From NCBI GenBank assembly GCA_964036045.1, contig OZ038378.1, positions 137,144,001 to 137,208,000 of the forward strand: DNA of 64,000 nucleotides, given 5' to 3'. Position numbers and translations under genes: made by a program. The DNA comes from Eutreptiella sp. 'Long Island Sound 2002'. Its lineage: Eukaryota; Protista; Euglenida. Below, in pieces: positions 1 through 10,780 of this stretch. Numbering within the stretch: position 1 is the stretch's first letter; each line of letters starts with the position of its first letter. The notes under the pieces were generated by a model. The model saw only the letters and a program-made list of their open reading frames with translations, ran no database searches and was not told the origin of the DNA.

Positions 1-745
1 TCACCCCAACAATGGTGAGGGAACGCATAAAGCCACCCTGTGGTACCCCCCGGCTATGCATCCGTTGCGTGTGCATGGGGCATATGCCCTACCACTGCCA
101 TGTGGGGCATTGGCAGGGGACCAAGCTGCAACTAGCACCACCGGCACTGCCCCACCATGCTTCTGGAACGTTACCCCGTTGCATTGTGGCGGTTGGGATG
201 CTTGGCGGCTTGATCACGGTGTGCCCTATGATGATATCTTCCCCAATTCCTCCATGATGGGCTCATGCAACAAAACAGGGAACAGGGCCCGTGGGAAGGG
301 ATCATAGGGCACCTAGCCTTTGGAGAAAGCTCACTAAGAACTGGTTGCAAGCTCACCGCAAACTCTAACGCCTCAATTGACCGTTGAGTGGGTGTTCATT
401 GAACGCTTAGTGAAGGCGCGAAGCTTTGCAATGAGCTTGCATTGACCTTGCAATGAGGTTGCAATGCACTTGCAGGTAGGATGCACCAAACTACAATAGA
501 TGGGCATCCAAAAGAGGCAACATTCCTGGTGCTAGAGCGCACCAATGTCAACATTGCGCCCCTAGACCCCCTTTGCAACAAAATGTGGCACGCGACATCT
601 GACATAGCCATCCAAATGTGGGTCAGGGTAGGTGGCATGGCACCTGTGATTGGGACACTCTACCGGCATATGGCACTTGCACACACACGCGCGCGCGCAC
701 ACACACACACCCCAAGGTGACAAAAGCAAGCCGTTAGACCATGGC
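1..745 (+). mobile_element. Partial copy of the YR-retroelement region, inverted relative to 9555-10360
   Basis: Near-identical to the reverse complement of ~9555-10360. Both encode MHQTTI.GHPKEATF.VLERTNV..APLD.LCNKIW and TTGTAPPCFWNVTPLHCGGW. Truncated after CCCAAGGTGACAAAAGCAAGCCGTT. Confidence 0.8.
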
Positions 746-749
746 ATGG

Positions 750-1030
750 AATTGCACCTGGAAGATAAGCCCAAGGGTTGGAGGGAAGCTTGGAGAGCGC
801 AATAGCAACATCAACGTCGGAAACAGTTGCGATTCTTGTAGATTTACGTGAATTCGTATGAAATTTGTACCAACTTTGTACCAATGTCATACGAATTTCA
901 TGGGAACGTTAGAATTAGGAAGGATGCGAACAACACTCATTGCTACGAAGTTCATACAAAATGATACCGACTTCGTAGGAAATTTGTATGAATCAATGCT
1001 AATTCATGCAAATGTGCACAGTTTCACGAC
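750..1030. repeat. Dispersed repeat rich in GTACGAA/TTCGTAC motifs (copy 1)
   Basis: 750-930 is a direct match to 10580-10775 (ATGGCATGGAATTGCACCTGGAAGATAAGCCCAAGGGTTGGAG...). Related motif-rich sequence occurs at 12010-12130. Confidence 0.7.
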
Positions 1031-2944
1031 GGGAATACCTTGCGGGCGTGCTTCACGTTGCGCCATGGTCGGGCGCACCCAACTACCAAGCGCAGTTGGA
1101 GGTGGGGGGGGGGTGCTCCTACGTCTTCTTCGTCGGCACCAAATGAGGGTTGTGAAAGATGGCACGGTGGATGAGGCGACGGCCATCAACTTCGCCATCA
1201 CCCGCACCCCCCCCCCCCCCGGCCGCCCAACAAACCTGTGGCACCTAGTGAACATGGCCCCAACCCGTGACATGAGGGTAAGGGGCCCGCCGAAGGCACC
1301 CCCTTCGCGTCTTCTAAGAGGGTCTAGGCAGCATTCCGTGACCGCAACCTTGGCCTCCCAAACCCCCCTTTCCACGGCCACATGACCCAGTCGACGCTAG
1401 GGGGATCCCAGCTCCGCAGCTGCCGAGTGAGGTGCAACACGTGTGGGGGGAGGGGAGGTGCGTCGAGGTAGGTGGTGTTGGGTTGGTGGTGGTAGTGCTT
1501 GAGGTCATGGGTCCAAAGGTTGAAAAGGGCCCCTTTCAGCGCATCCTTTGCCCCTTGGGGCGCAAGAAACTCATTGTGCCTGCTAGTGGCCACCATGGGC
1601 AGCATGCTCGCCCTTTGGAGCTCACATCCACCGGCGCCGCCAACGGCGCCACTAGCTGTGCGCGCCGGCCCGCCGCCGGGGTGGCCTTGCGAGGCGTCCT
1701 TCGCGACGGCGCTCCCGCGGTGGGCCAGCCAACTGAGGTGGCTACCAGGGCAAGGCCACGTGACGTACGCTTAGCTGGCCCTGGACTTCGAGGCCCACGC
1801 GGAGCGGGCACTCCCGGCCCCAAGCGACCACCGGCTGCGGGGGGTCACATTGCCACTACGCACCACAGGCCAAGTCCTGAAAATGGCCCTCGATGCGTTG
1901 CAGCCGCATCTGCAGGCAAGGGGACCTTCTGCAGGGCAAGGAGGTGTGGAGGGCCAAATCCCTCTTGCCGCTAGGGGGCTTCAGATGTGTGGGGAGGGCG
2001 GCGCGGCCATCGTTCGCGCGCCCGGACGCCCTCTTGTTCCAAATGCACCAGCTAGAGGCGCACTGCCGAGTGCTATGGACGCGGCGCCTGGCGCGGCCGG
2101 CAGCGGGGCAGCGGGATGTGTTCCTATTGGATTACCCGCCCCCGGCACGACCGCGGCTGTAGCCCCTGCAGCCCTTTCAGCGCTTGCCGCGCCGGCGGGT
2201 GCACCACGATCGGCAATGGGCAGGAGGCGGGGGCGCGGGCCGCATGGCACCGCCGCCCTGGGTGGCCCTGTGTGCGCGACACCAGGCCCTGCCCTGTGCC
2301 GCCTACGTGTAGCGGGGCGCCGAGCAATGCTGCTAGCAGGCTCACGAAGGGCACTGCATGGACGCGGCGCAAGCACACATGGTAGCGCAGGCGTTACGGG
2401 CGTGGTTGTAGCATGCGCAGCCGGCTGGGGACGGCTTCGTGGAAGCGTCCCACGCCGCGGGGCTCGCCAAATGCGCGCAAACTCCCCCGCTCGCGATCTC
2501 CATCACCAGCGCGCGTGACGCAACGAGCGCGCCCGATAGAGCACGAGTGCGCATGTCGCCCGAAGGAGCGCTTAGTCCCCCCCAATGCATCCACAAGGAG
2601 GGGGGGGGGGGCATAGGTTGAGCAGCTCCGGTATGACAAAAGAGCGGGGAGGGCTGAGGCAGCCCTTCCCGCCCTCCCTGCTCCCCCCAAGGTGAACCAC
2701 GAGGCAAGGGAGAGCACACGGGGAACGGTGGCAAGCGGCATGAGCGCCGGCAGGGCGCCCAGACAGACACACATGCGTCCCTCCCAAGGGCTGGCGGATA
2801 TTTTGGGGGACATCACCTGCCGGCTGACGGCGGGGCGGGCGAGATCATCGGCCACAGGGGAGGGAATTGACGCCCCCCCGCCCGCACGGAGTCGTGTGGG
2901 TTACGTGCTAGTGTGAGTCACAAGCAGACACGCAATCTCAAAAC

Positions 2945-2985
2945 AAAATCCTCATCAGTGGTAACAGAGGCGCCTTTCAGTCTGG
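2945..2985 (-). ncRNA. Candidate permuted hammerhead ribozyme at the 3' end of the Penelope-like element
   Basis: Minus strand reads ...AGACU-GAAA-GGCGCC-UC-UGUUACCA-CUGAUGA-GG. Both core blocks are present, with a palindromic stem III and a UC cleavage triplet. Stems I and II are weak. Confidence 0.4.
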
Positions 2986-3533
2986 GAACAGAAGCAGCGT
3001 GATGATGCAGGCTCCCAGGTACTGGGTTGCAGCCGTAAGCTTGGTCCTACAAAGAAACACCGTGTCCGTTGACACCGCGCTCCTTTCTCTATGATGGCCG
3101 CAGGGGCAGGCAGCAGGAACCGCTGACAAGTGTACAACCCTGTGTTAGTGCAGCGGGACTGCGGCCGCCAGGCAAAAAACAATATTGCACAGCGAACTAC
3201 AAAGGCGATGTAAAAAATGAAACTCAGACCCCCCTCCCCCGTCATTTGGCAGTCACGAACGATACTATAGCAACTGTAACAGATGGAGATCGTGGTGCCA
3301 TGTCGCACAATGCACAGAACAAGCTCCTGTGTGTGGGACATGCCAAGATGCGTATGCTGATCCGTCCCATACTGCTTCCCGGGACAACCACCGATGCAAT
3401 AGTGTAGATGCGGCCTTGGAGCTCGTCGGTAGACTGCGGTACTGAGTCACTGCCCACGCTATTGACGCTTCAACGCACCATGGCGACCAACTACAACATT
3501 TATGTATAGCGACTTTCATAGCCCGCAGGACTT

Positions 3534-4700
3534 TCAGCACTGGTGGTCACATATGCATGCAATGTGCATCCAGAGTGTGATGCTCAACAGAAAACATAAC
3601 CATGAAAAATGAAATGGCATACTATTGATCAAGGAACCTGTAAATATATTGGCTAAATGGCCAGCGGTAACGGCCCAGGGACTGTGCAGGCTGGGTCCCC
3701 ACTTCAGATCCCATTTGTCGTTTAAAGCAGACGGTGTGGAATAGCATAATACCTCGTGTTTTACACGTATAGTCAATCCCAAGATCCGTAGGGACGATGT
3801 CATGCAGGCTCCTGCGCACTGCATACCTTTGCTGAGTCAATCGCATAGCACTGGCAGACCCCAACATTCTGACAGCACTGTATAGACACGAGACATTTCC
3901 ATGGCCGCAAAAGGGCCTGCAGAAGCGACATTGACATTATCCCGAAATGGGGATAGTGACATGGTATTTCCTACCGGTGTCTTCCACAGAGGTACTGGCA
4001 CAGTTTGCACAAGGTCACCAAATTTTCTCATGCCAATGACGGTTTCTTTTAGGGCCCATATGCTGTGTAAATCCACGCCCTGCGCACTGAGGGATCCACC
4101 CATGGGAATCGCATCGGTACGTTGCCAGAGCTGACCAGCACACCAGACATAATTATCCTTAGTGAGGGAAAACTGCACTAGTTGTATGAGTTCATCATGC
4201 GACATATGCCAGAATGCAGACGAAGCTGCTTTGCCTGCTTTGTCTAGATGCTTACAGTCGCGATGCACGCTCCATACAATCTCAGATGCACCCCACCGAC
4301 GGCGCTGGTGTAAGTATTGGGATGCTGCACGCCATTCGTGTACTGTGGTGTCAGGACGAATGCGGTTAAGCTGCTCCTTGCAATAGGCTTCGCCGATGCA
4401 CGTTGCCACCCAGGCGCCGAGCTGTCATACCCAAGGGGCGATGTTTGTCACAGGCCGTACCAAAATGGCTGCAATGATTTCCTCTCACAGGCACCGTAAA
4501 AAGCACGTGAAGGCCCGCGCAGCGATCCGTAGAGTATGGCGACTCATGAAGGGACGGCTGACAGCGGCTATGGGCCGCCATAAAATACTAGGCAGCTGCA
4601 AACTTTTGGCTTTGCCAAGTAAGTACATGAGTGCCACACGGGGACGCACACCTGGTTTCCACGCAGACTGTGTAACTCGGTGCTTCAATCCCCGACCAAT
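3534..4700 (-). pseudogene. Penelope-like reverse transcriptase domain (disrupted)
   Basis: LMYLLGKAKSL...ILWRPIAA, GEAYCKEQLNRI (motif A, Asp apparently changed to Tyr), LWQRTDAIPMGGSLSAQGVDLHSIW (motif B), SPFRDNVNV (motif C position). Contains in-frame stops. Confidence 0.75.
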
Positions 4701-5411
4701 ATCCTATATCGGTGTGCTGACAGGATTGTACCCCTCTTGCACAGCAAATTGTACATGCTGGTCCCAAGCCCACTGTTTGCAGAATGCCCAGACGGCAGAG
4801 TTGTGCTTATCTACGATCCGTATATAAGCTACAGAACAAAGTTCACTTACTAAGGTGACAAATGAAAGAAGGCCAGAGCCTGATTCGGGGAACAGGACGC
4901 GGGGCAAAACGCGGTCCCAAAGGGGGTGTTCAGCGTGCAAACTCGCAGCCAATCGTTTCAAGTTATCAATGGCCATGCTGCGAGACTTCTGTCCATGCTG
5001 GGGGATGGGGACCCCTGAGCGTAAGATTGCTCCATGGTGGTGGAGTGTTACAGGCAATATAGCACAGTGTCCATCTATTTTGGTAATCGTGCCTGATGCG
5101 CTCCAAATATGTGAAAACTCTGTGGCGCAGCGACAGGGCGGCCGTGTGGTGGACCATGCTGCTGTGTTTTCCTGCTTTTCAACTAGTTTTCGCAAAGTAT
5201 GGGGCACGGTACGCACTACTCGTATCGATGCACGCACTGCCTGACGCTCCCAGCGTGGAATGGACAAACCTTGTACCATGCTACAAACAAATGTGTTAAT
5301 GCCTTGCTTCTGTGTACCAACGAGGTCTGGTACTTTGATCACAGGGGCTGGTAGGTGTGGTATGTGTAGTTCAGAACACAGCCAAGCAGCTTCAGTCTGT
5401 AGATAATGTAT

Positions 5412-6767
5412 CTATGCATAATCTAGCTCAATGCGGGCAGTGTGCAACCGTCTTAGGACGGTGCCCAATCTCTTGGTATGTTGTGGTGCTGGCGAGTGCT
5501 GGTCGTGTGGGCTTGGTATAGCAAGGGCACATGCATTGAGGGCCCACTTTTTCCATTTGAACCACCACGACCTCTCCAGGAAACATGCTGTCACACTGCA
5601 ATTTGTCCATTGTAAAGGTGCAATGGACCAATGGTGTATACCTGTGCGGCATAACATACTGTAGAAAGGACTGTCTTCAGCGCCGGATCTGGCTGTTGTC
5701 CAGTGTTTTCTGAGGCACTTCATTAGGGGATCTTCAGTTTTCCCGAAGTACAAGCAAAACAGGTGAGTATGGAATACTACATAAATAATATGACCATGTG
5801 CAGGCGCAGAGATAGACAATTCATGAAAATGCAAGCATGCGCGGATCGTCCAAAGCAGGGGATTTCGGTGGTACGGGAGGTGCTGCAGGCGGTATTCAAG
5901 CAATTCAGCCCAGCCGCCTAGATCACTATCAATGTCAGCTTTGTGAATGGCCTTGGTGTAAGTGTTGCACAGTAACTGTTGGTATTCCGAAGGTTTCCAC
6001 AGTGTGCCGTGTCCCTTATCCTGATGTTTAAAATGGGCATGGAGTCTCAGGCTCTGTAACAGCGAAGTCGCTTCAATGGCAGCGCATGAGGCATGAAGAT
6101 GCCAAACGGTACCTGCATAGCGTGCACATACTACAGGCTTGAAACTGACATCAGGGGTTTCGGGGTTCTCGGACCATATCCACTGCTGTGGGCCGTCGGG
6201 GGCAAAGCCTGCAACATCAGACGGGACATAATCAATAGCATTTGGGGAATCGCAGGAGGAAGTATCAGACCATTGGTTGTTGACAGCGATATGATGGGCG
6301 GAAACAAAGTGCCTAGGATGACTCCATACGCAAACACACCCGAGTTTGAGTATGACAAACCGACGGGCCCACATAGGCGGAACCCGGGGACCTTGTGGTG
6401 TGACGCGGTGGCTGATCCGCGGCCATAGAGGAGGCTTGGAGGATTGTGCAGACAAGAGGTGTTGTCGGACTGCTGACTGATCACCGAGCCAGTGTGTTCC
6501 CTCAGCTGGAGACTGAAACATGCACCATAACCGAAAGCCCGAGGAATCAAGACCGAATTCATGACGCAGGACGGAGTCATAAGAATGCGGAAGTGAAACC
6601 GGAATGTAATCATATTTTGCGGAAGGGGTGGGCACATGGGTGGATGCTTGTAACAATTGCTTAGCAAGGGACAAGTTTTGCACGGCTTGTTGAAGTCTAG
6701 CCTGCAGTACTTGTAGCTCTGTGTGAAAAGTGTCTAAGCTGCCATCAAGGGTCGCGAGGCGAAACAC
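5412..6767 (-). CDS. 451-aa ORF segment containing a GIY-YIG endonuclease motif
   Basis: GHIIYVVFHTHLFCLYFGKTEDPLMKCLRKH at ~5705-5795 fits the GIY-x-YIG...R/H pattern. Lies upstream of the RT on the same strand. Confidence 0.7.
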   Translation of the reverse strand: MFRLATLDGSLDTFHTELQVLQARLQQAVQNLSLAKQLLQASTHVPTPSAKYDYIPVSLPHSYDSVLRHEFGLDSSGFRLWCMFQSPAEGTHWLGDQSAVRQHLLSAQSSKPPLWPRISHRVTPQGPRVPPMWARRFVILKLGCVCVWSHPRHFVSAHHIAVNNQWSDTSSCDSPNAIDYVPSDVAGFAPDGPQQWIWSENPETPDVSFKPVVCARYAGTVWHLHASCAAIEATSLLQSLRLHAHFKHQDKGHGTLWKPSEYQQLLCNTYTKAIHKADIDSDLGGWAELLEYRLQHLPYHRNPLLWTIRACLHFHELSISAPAHGHIIYVVFHTHLFCLYFGKTEDPLMKCLRKHWTTARSGAEDSPFYSMLCRTGIHHWSIAPLQWTNCSVTACFLERSWWFKWKKWALNACALAIPSPHDQHSPAPQHTKRLGTVLRRLHTARIELDYA

Positions 6768-6840
6768 TTTGGGGGTATCCTACTGCCCTGTAAGACTGTT
6801 TTCAAACCCCGATTACCTGTGTTCCTGGACACCCGGTGTT

Positions 6841-7503
6841 TCAGTGACAGGAGGCTTTGAAGCATGACCCGGGACGCCTTTTTCGTGGTCGTGTATCAGG
6901 GGACACAGGCATAGCAGAACTCGATGCGCCATCCCGCTTGTTCTTTGAGGGCGAACTTTCTTGAGACATCAGGTCAACATCTGTGCCTACATTGTCCAAG
7001 GGGACAGAACGCGGCATTTCAAGGCGGGGGATGACCTTCGCTGTTAAGAGGGCTTTGTCGAAGGTTGTCAGCGCCGCATGGTGTTGCATAATATTGGTGT
7101 GCATTTTTTGTTGTGACAGAGTATGCTCCTGCAGGGCCACATCACGCTTGGTCATGCGTTCATCTTGCTTTGACAGTCGTTCCTCCGTGTCGGATTTCCA
7201 AGGGAGTATACGTTCCATTTGGCCTTCGAGAGTTGAAATGTCGGCTTCGAGTTCAGAGATTGAAGAAATTGCCTGCTCTGTGCGGTCGGCTCGCTTTTCT
7301 GACGCCTCTAGACGATCATTAGCATCCCAGGGTGCTGGGGGGGGGGGGGTCAACGGTGTCTGCCAGTTCTCGGGGGAGGGGCTACAGCAGCAATTGGGCA
7401 CTATGCCCTTCAAAGGGCCGGTGCGTGCGCCGGCTCCCTCGTCCGGGGGAGGGGGCGGGGGTTCGGCAGGGCCGGGAGCAGCAGTGCTGCCATGCGCGGG
7501 CAC
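6841..7503 (-). CDS. 5' ORF of the Penelope-like element: Pro-rich start plus coiled coil
   Basis: 220-aa ORF with heptad-like DRLEASEKRADRTEQAISSISELEADISTLEGQMERI, directly upstream of the GIY-YIG ORF. Confidence 0.5.
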   Translation of the reverse strand: MPAHGSTAAPGPAEPPPPPPDEGAGARTGPLKGIVPNCCCSPSPENWQTPLTPPPPAPWDANDRLEASEKRADRTEQAISSISELEADISTLEGQMERILPWKSDTEERLSKQDERMTKRDVALQEHTLSQQKMHTNIMQHHAALTTFDKALLTAKVIPRLEMPRSVPLDNVGTDVDLMSQESSPSKNKRDGASSSAMPVSPDTRPRKRRPGSCFKASCH

Positions 7504-7709
7504 TCAAGGGGTGTAGCGTGGCCATGGGAGGGCTTCACAGGAGGGCACATAACACGACACGGACGTCCTTCCGCTGCGCCGCGACACACCGGGGGGCCAG
7601 GGGTGGGATAGGGCAGGCCACAGGCAGGCTCTAGCCCGCTAACCCCTAACCCTCTGGTCGCAAGAGCGGCCAGGACATTAAAAAACTTCAACCTCTCAAA
7701 TAGTACAGA

Positions 7710-7742
7710 TCACACACACACGCACACACACACACTTGCACA
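7710..7742. repeat. Short (CA)n microsatellite beside the 5' end of the Penelope-like element
   Basis: CACACACACACGCACACACACACAC; a telomere-like CTAACCCCTAACCCT lies at ~7639-7653. Confidence 0.8.
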
Positions 7743-9575
7743 CACTGTATGTGGCAGTCCTGATTGCCCGCAAGTTGCATGATCAACAGTGCCTACGACC
7801 GTTTCCTGTGGTGCGTCATGCATGGCACTTTAAAGGGGTGAAAGTGCTTGAAACCTAACCCAGTGCAAAGTCACTAAGCCTTCCGTGAACTTGCAATACG
7901 CTTTCCGTGAGTGATGTAGTGCTCTCTACACAATCCCTTCCACCATAGCAGCCCTACCCCTCTTTTCGTGTGTAGCACGTGTCCAATCCCTACAACGCCT
8001 CTTATACCCTCTTTGTTTCGTCACCGGCTTACCCAAGTGATCCTACCCCTCCTTGCACAAGGTGGCATCCAATGGGTGGTTGTCTACCACAAATTTGGGC
8101 CGCAACTTGTCATGCAACAAGCTTACCCGGGCACTGGTCTAGGGCATCCTCTTGAGCCTTACATAGCTCCCCTGGTGAGTGAACCAAGCAAACCTTCCGA
8201 ATGTCGCCCACTTTGCCCCATAAGCATACATATGGTGAATCCACGTTTCCATCCACAATGGCTCCACCCTAGGGCAGTGTGCTTTGCCCCTACATTCGGC
8301 TGATTTCGGGACACCCCAAATTGTTCCTGCCCGCTCATGTAGTCCTCCTTCCATGCCGCGTTGCACATTTTTGCAAAAACCTCTCACTAATCATGGCACA
8401 CAACCGTCCTTTCAATTTCCCCCCCCCCTTGGTGTCGACCAATTATTCGTCCCACTTCTCGCAACAATGGGATCCATAGTCTTGCCTTCACAAAGTGCAA
8501 TGCCGCTCCTAACTCAAGGCGCACATGCCGTTTGGCATTCATCTTCTCCATCTTCCAGGGCGGACATTTTGGGTGGCTTCATGTGCCCCATTCACAAGCC
8601 GCTGCGCGGATTTGGCCGTGTAGGCTTTGTGCGATCACCATTGTGCTGTTAGCATACCCACGGTGCCCAACCAGGCGCAATTGCACACTTTCAAAGTGTT
8701 ATGGGGACCCTGGTCATGAATGTGTCGGTCGCCGGGGATGTCCCGGAGAACCCCATGAGACGCATCGACCCCTCGATTCTAGGGTTTGCAACCTCCACAC
8801 TGCCAAACCGTTGAAAGACGTTTTCATGGTTCTTGCCACAACAATAGCATACCATCGGCCAGGCTTTGCTTTGCAAAACTGTCACCCCCGGGAAGCAACA
8901 GTGAGCCCTTGCCATCTACCCAAAGCAAAAAGGGGGGAGCAGGTAGTCCTCCATCATTGTTTCGCAGCTGCACCATCGCCGCAAGTCGTAGGTGCCCATC
9001 AAAGTCACATTCGGTGTGCAATCCAAGCACTATCCTCCATGTCTCCAAACCTTGAAAACCCAGCAACTAGCCAAGCCAGTGCACAATGCACATAGCCAAG
9101 ATCCCACCGATTGGTGCCATCTGCACCATCAGTGACTCATGTGTGTTGCTGGGCCCCGGGTTACAATACATGGGTGCTAGCACGGGTTGCGCACCATACA
9201 ATAGGTTCGACACGCCGGTAGGTCGCACATGGCACCGTGCACGGTGGCCGTCATCCTCCATCACCGGAACACCCCGACTTGCAAGCTCACTAAGTTTGTT
9301 GAGCCATGGCACAACATCGGCCCATGATAGCGCATTCTCCAAGTCCGGGACAAGGTACGCCATGTCCCGGTAGGATACGCCAAATGTGACAGCATGCGCA
9401 CAAATGGCCTTCCATGCACCATAACAAAATTTTGGGCCATGGACCCCCCAACTCCCCACTACACGAAAAGATAACACCCTGCCCCCGCCACGGCACAGCC
9501 CCCATAACCGCCAAGTCAATGGACCAGTGTGTCCTCTTGTGCGGCATAGTCGAACGGCTTGCTTTTGTCACCTTG

Positions 9576-9577
<2 letters not shown>

Positions 9578-9670
<93 letters not shown>
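9578..9670. repeat. (TG)n microsatellite, ~46 units
   Basis: Pure TG run. Confidence 0.98.
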
Positions 9671-9671
<1 letters not shown>

Positions 9672-10579
9672 AAGTGCTATATGACGGTAGTGTGCCCCGA
9701 GTTGCAGGTGCTATGCCACCTACCCTAACCCACATTTGGGTGGCTATGTCAGATGTCTTGTGCCATATTTTGTTGCAAAGGTGGTCTAGGGGCGCAACGT
9801 CGACATTGGTGCGCTCTAGCACCACGAATGTTGCCTCTTTTGGATGCCCAGCTATTGTAGTTTGGTGCATCCTACCTGCAAGTGCATTGCAACCTCACTG
9901 GAAGGTCATTACAAGCTCATTGCAAAGCCTCGCGCCTTCACTAAGCGTTCAATGAACGCCGAATCAACGGTCAATTGAGGCGATAGAGTTTGCGGTGAGC
10001 TTGAATCCAATTCTTAGTGAGCTTTCTCTAAAGGCTAGGTGCCATATGGTCTTTTCCCACGGGCCGTGTTCCCTGTTCTCTTGCATGCGCCCATCATGGA
10101 GGAATTGGGGAAGATATCATCATAGGGCACACCGTGATCAAGCCGCCAACCTTCCCAACCGCCACAATGCAACGGGGTAACGTTCCAGAAGCATGGTGGG
10201 GCAGTGCCGGTGGTGCTAGTTGCAACTTGGTCCCCTGCCAATGCCCCAAATGGCGGTGGTAGGGAATATGTCCCATGCACATGCAACGAATGCATAGCCG
10301 GGGGGTACCACAGGGTACCCTCGCCTAACTTTATGCGTTCCCTCGCCATTGTTGGGGTGAACAGGCACGTCACCCTGCGGTGTTCGTGGATGTGGGTTAT
10401 GAAGCTAAGGGCGAGCACCGTGAGTCCACTGAAAGGTGGTAATGGTGCGTGTCGGTCTGTTGCGGGGCGGACACACATCCATTTTATGTGTTGCATTCAA
10501 ATAAGACATACTTGCCTCCCCCCCCCCCCCCGGCCGAGATAGACGAGGGGTTTGGGGAACACTTCATAGGGCGCTTCGC

Positions 10580-10780
10580 ATATGGCATGGAATTGCACCT
10601 GGAAGATAAGCCCAAGGGTTGGAGAGAAGGTTGGAGAGCGCAACACCAACATCAACTTCGGAAACGTTCGCAATTCCTATAGATTTACGTGAATTCGTAC
10701 CATCTTCGTAGCAACTCTGAACCAACGTCATACATTTTTCATGGGAACATTGGAATTAGGATGGATGCGAACCATGTTCA
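10580..10780. repeat. GTACGAA-family dispersed repeat (copy 2), within the YR retroelement
   Basis: Direct match to 750-930. Confidence 0.7.

Larger units (their letters stand above)
2945..7660 (-). mobile_element. Decayed Penelope-like retroelement with N-terminal GIY-YIG endonuclease (Naiad/Chlamys-type domain order)
   Basis: Minus-strand order is coiled-coil ORF, GIY-YIG motif, RT motifs (WRPIAA; Q..DAIPMGGSLS; FRDN), then a C-terminal tail. Interrupted by stops and frameshifts. Boundaries approximate. Confidence 0.75.

Noticed and set aside
1030-2900. Many overlapping GC-rich ORFs
   Set aside because: Stop-poor GC-rich sequence with no identifiable domain. Probably TE-derived but unassignable.
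4400-5420. Selenocysteine or stop-codon read-through in the Penelope-like ORF
   Set aside because: The stops are a mix of TAG and TGA with frameshifts and a mutated catalytic Asp, which fits decay.
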